64,000 bases of DNA from an uncultured bacterium (lineage in GTDB: Bacteria; Chloroflexota; UBA5177; JANWHV01). The DNA lies in contig CAVSOU010000011.1 of the NCBI GenBank assembly GCA_963729625.1, forward strand, positions 640,001 through 704,000, given 5' to 3'. The position numbers and the translations under genes were made by a program. Positions within the stretch are counted from its first letter, which is position 1; the number at the start of each line of letters is the position of its first letter. Shown one piece after another: positions 60,794 to 64,000 of the stretch. The notes beneath the pieces were generated by a model that made no database searches, was not told where the DNA came from, and was given only the letters and a program-made list of their open reading frames with translations.

Positions 60794-61060
60794 CTACGAC
60801 ACCTGCGCACCCGCCACGAAGCCGCTTATCATGCCCCTTCCCACAATCCCGTAACCTCCGGAAAGGCCGTAGCCAGCCGGCACGGTGATCTGGAACCTGC
60901 CGTTCTGATCGGCATGGGCCACGCCGGCGTCCTCCCTCGCCGGCACGTTCGCGCGAGCCCCATAGTAGTACCGCAGGAACACATACTCATTGGGCTCGTA
61001 GCCGCCGCCTTCGGCAACGCTTGCAGCTGCATGGTAGATGGCGTCGATCCCGCCTTGCAC
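60794..61060 (-). pseudogene. C-terminal remnant of a probable secreted Ig-like protein
   Basis: GGGYEPNEYV...AHADQNGRFQITVP...YGIVGRGMISG resembles an Ig-like module; abuts the integrase fragment and has no credible start. Confidence 0.35.
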
Positions 61061-61064
61061 AACT

Positions 61065-61410
61065 TGTCCCAGCGCTTATGCGCGCCAACCGTTTTTGCAG
61101 CATGTTGTACACGGCGATGGAACTCAGCCACTCACCCATCACGGTGCCCCGCTGCGTGACCGGGAGGAAGAGCCGGCCCGGAGTCATGCCTCGCCGTGCC
61201 AACCGCGCTTCGAGTGCGGCGGCCGCGTTGGCGGTCAGAGGCACCATGCGTTCTTTGTCGCCCTTCCCGTGCCGCACGCGCAGGGACGGCGGCTCGGGGC
61301 TGTAGTCCCCAATCTCGACCGCCACCAGCTCGCTGCGCCGCAACCAGCCAATATAGAGGATCGCGAGGATGGCCAGGTCCCGCGCGCCGGCAGCGCCCGT
61401 ATCCCCCGGC
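61065..61410 (-). pseudogene. Tyrosine recombinase/integrase fragment
   Basis: GARDLAILAILYIGWLRRSELV...RHGKGDKERMVPL...AVYNMLQKR; both ends missing (no HxxR or Tyr). Confidence 0.8.
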
Positions 61411-61517
61411 TAAGATTCGAGGGCCGCGCCGTTTCGTGCAGGGATTCGCCAGCAACATCCACATAGGTGAGCAGGTCCATCCACCTTGCCGTGCACACCG
61501 CCTTGAGTATGCCCGGG

Positions 61518-63296
61518 TCAGACCACCGTGTAGGTGGTCTGGTAGGTCACGCTGTTCGGCAAGCTAAGTGCCATGATGCCGAACTGGTACTTGCCTGGTG
61601 CGACCGGCGAGCTCGCGACAATCGTGACCGTGTCTCCTTTCACGACCGGATCCTTCAGGTCTGCCGCGCCCTCTTCCGTGGGCTGACCAGACGCGTCAAG
61701 GCGGGACAACCCCACCTTGAGCTCGCTGTTCGGTGGCACGGCAGCCGCGAATGTAAGGACGATGGTCGGGGTTCTGGAAAGGCGCCCGCCGGGTGGGGGA
61801 CTGACCTGCACGATCGTAGGAAAGCTGCCGTTGATGTTGACGCCCGGCAAGCCACGCTTCGGCACAGCAGGCGTGCCGCCCGTCGACCGTGCAGCCTTCA
61901 CGGAGTACGTTGCCGTGTAAGAGACTTCCCCACCGGAGCTGCTGGTGGCGCCGATGTTGAGAGTGTAGTTTCCCGGTTGCAGGGTCTGGCCAGGCCCGAG
62001 AGCGACCGTGGCGGTGCTGCCGTGCACGACGGGATCCGAGATTGCTGCCTCGCCGGCCGGACCTTCGAGAAGGATGACGACGTGGGCGTGCGCGGGCAGC
62101 GGCCCCGCGAACGTGACGGCAACGGTCGGGCTGGGCGAGAGCACCGTGCCGGGAGCCGGAGCGACCTGCATGATGCTGGGAATGTTGCCTCTGCCTAGGG
62201 CGGGGAGCGAATCGGACGTGTCTGCACCGGCCGCGGCGTAGACGACGGTTGTCCCCATGTCGCCGCTTCCGAACATCACCTGCCGCGCGCCGCAGACTGA
62301 CAGGCCGACGGGGCCGGCGACAGCGGCGTCGGAGAACTGCTCTTCGACGGTCCTGTCTAATTCTGCTTTGGCAGCGTTCGGATTGATGCAGCGGCCGGTG
62401 TCGGTCGCGGTCTGCAACCCGCCCTTCGCAGTGAACACAATGTGTGCCCTTCCCAGCGTGCCGGCGTACGCAAGGGTGATCTGCCCGCTCGTGCCCGTAC
62501 TCAGGCCGGAGGCCGACAGCTCATCGGTCACGAAATGGCTCGAGGCTATGAGTCCGGAAGCGGCACCGTCGCTCGAGTCCACCGACATGGTGATTCTGGA
62601 CTCGCCGCCCGAAGTCGTGGCGCTCACTAGCAAGCCGCTCGAGTGGCCCAAGGCTTTCGCAGCGCTGACCGTCGTGGAGTAGATGGTCCGGCCCATGGAC
62701 ACAGATTCCTCGGGCAAGTGGACGTCCTGGCCGCTGTACAGGTCGAGCTTGGCGCCGCCGATACTCGCGCGCAGGGCTCCCTCGCAGGGAAGCGTGAGGT
62801 CGAGTTCGGCCTTGGCGCTGGCGACGGCGCGTGTGGCCGCCTGCGCCGGTGTGCCAGCGCACGGATCGGCTGGAACTAGGAACGGCGCCAGATGCGCCGC
62901 GTATGTCCATTGCGCACCGATGTGCCCGTACCGGCCCAAGTGGTCGTGCGTGTCCAGGCTTGCAGTGTTTGCGGCGACGGCAAGGTCGCTCGCGGGCACG
63001 CTGAACGTGTAGTCGCTGCCGGTCGCACCCGAGCGATCGGCGATCTCGATCGTGATCTCAACGATCTGATCGTCGCTGCCGCGGCGGACCTCAAGGGTCA
63101 CCGTGCGTGCTGCGCCGCTGTTCGCCGCGGTGACCGTAGTGGTGAGAGCTGTGGCAAAATCGCTGCGAAACAATGCAGGACCGGCGGCATGCGACAAGGA
63201 CGCCGCTCGGTACGCGAATGCGTTCACCGGCAGCAAGAGGCAGGCGACGGCGATGATCCCGAGGACCGTCGTGCCAGATGGTCTCAGAGTGGCCAT
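61518..63296 (-). CDS. Secreted hypothetical protein with two C-terminal Ig-like (Big_5/CopC-like) repeats
   Basis: AAAGGA RBS; signal peptide ending VNAFA; duplicated unit PSIMQVAPAPG...PTVAVTF...PVVHG...PGNY / PTIVQVSPPPG...PTIVLTF...PVVKG...PGKY. Confidence 0.75.
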   Translation of the reverse strand: MATLRPSGTTVLGIIAVACLLLPVNAFAYRAASLSHAAGPALFRSDFATALTTTVTAANSGAARTVTLEVRRGSDDQIVEITIEIADRSGATGSDYTFSVPASDLAVAANTASLDTHDHLGRYGHIGAQWTYAAHLAPFLVPADPCAGTPAQAATRAVASAKAELDLTLPCEGALRASIGGAKLDLYSGQDVHLPEESVSMGRTIYSTTVSAAKALGHSSGLLVSATTSGGESRITMSVDSSDGAASGLIASSHFVTDELSASGLSTGTSGQITLAYAGTLGRAHIVFTAKGGLQTATDTGRCINPNAAKAELDRTVEEQFSDAAVAGPVGLSVCGARQVMFGSGDMGTTVVYAAAGADTSDSLPALGRGNIPSIMQVAPAPGTVLSPSPTVAVTFAGPLPAHAHVVILLEGPAGEAAISDPVVHGSTATVALGPGQTLQPGNYTLNIGATSSSGGEVSYTATYSVKAARSTGGTPAVPKRGLPGVNINGSFPTIVQVSPPPGGRLSRTPTIVLTFAAAVPPNSELKVGLSRLDASGQPTEEGAADLKDPVVKGDTVTIVASSPVAPGKYQFGIMALSLPNSVTYQTTYTVV

Positions 63297-63369
63297 GTTG
63301 ATGTCCTTTCGCGGTTTCACGCAACGCGGGTGCTACACCCTCGTGGACACAGGCACGCCAGGTTCCGCA

Positions 63370-64000
63370 TCACGATCCCCCCGGTTGCTGCGGGTTCTTG
63401 AGCGTGAGGTTCCACGTTTCCTGCGTGGTGGCAGTGATGCCAGGAGCCGTGCTCGGGCTCGGCGGTGTGCTTCCGCTGAGGGTATAGGGGTTGTTCCGAT
63501 CCAGCTTGCCGCTGAGCTGCCTGTTCAAGACGGTCCAGGCTGTGGTGGTCGTCTTCTGCTCAGGCTCCAGCACCTTCTTGCACGGATGCTTAGAGAACCC
63601 GGTGTACTTCTCCTTTGAGATGTTCAGCGCCGGAAGCTCGCGGGCACCGACTTCGATCGTGTATCGCCCGACCTGGCGGTCGAGATTGATCGACACTGTG
63701 GCTCGCCATGAGTCGTGAACCCGCACCGAGGATGCCTTCTGAAGGGTGAATGTGAGGTTCCGCAGTCGGGAATTGCACGAATCCAGGAATCCTTGCACCT
63801 CGCTGTCCTGGGCGTCGAGTGTGGCCTCGTAGGTCGCCCGCCCGATCGGCTGGCCGACGTCGGTGCTCGATGACGTGAGGTGGCGCGGTGGGACGAACGA
63901 GATGCTCTCAAACACATTGCTGTCGATAGTGACCGTGCCCGCCCCGATGCCTTTGCCCGGCTTCGTCTCGGTACTGTGGGTCGTTTCGATGACGGTGATC
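63370..64000 (-). CDS. Hypothetical protein, probably secreted (N-terminus beyond the window)
   Basis: Frame appears to continue from the right edge to the stop at 63370; composition and motifs resemble 56130-56966. Confidence 0.6.
   Translation of the reverse strand, partial: ITVIETTHSTETKPGKGIGAGTVTIDSNVFESISFVPPRHLTSSSTDVGQPIGRATYEATLDAQDSEVQGFLDSCNSRLRNLTFTLQKASSVRVHDSWRATVSINLDRQVGRYTIEVGARELPALNISKEKYTGFSKHPCKKVLEPEQKTTTTAWTVLNRQLSGKLDRNNPYTLSGSTPPSPSTAPGITATTQETWNLTLKNPQQPGGS

Overview
High-GC bacterial DNA. The XRE-HTH/TIR, XRE-ATPase and DUF6788-BTAD regulators and the F420-type LLM enzyme suggest Chloroflexota (inference). There are two halves. (1) ~1-41 kb is an apparently intact carbohydrate-utilisation island: an SDR/RpiB(DerI-like)/DhaL/DhaK tetrulose module; apiosidase-like, GH39, GH95, GH43, GH30, GH3 and GH63-like hydrolases plus an unclassified GH-like protein; a GntR-linked oxidoreductase/TIM-barrel/cyclase/split-transketolase cluster; a LacI-linked sugar ABC transporter; and two URO-D-like proteins. 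(2) ~41-64 kb is a decaying accessory region: a compact ORF-less group II intron (41239-41906), three disrupted ATPase-type regulators, a mosaic of ISL3/Tn3/integrase fragments, and many signal-peptide proteins. Best leads: the ORF-less intron, whose excision would rejoin two ORFs in frame; an identical TGCC-N23-CAGACT promoter architecture divergent from two XRE-ATPase paralogues; SARP-like boxes upstream of a secreted-protein cluster; a possible variant apiose/tetrulose pathway; and URO-D-like proteins inside a glycan locus. All calls come from motif recognition by eye; no searches were run.
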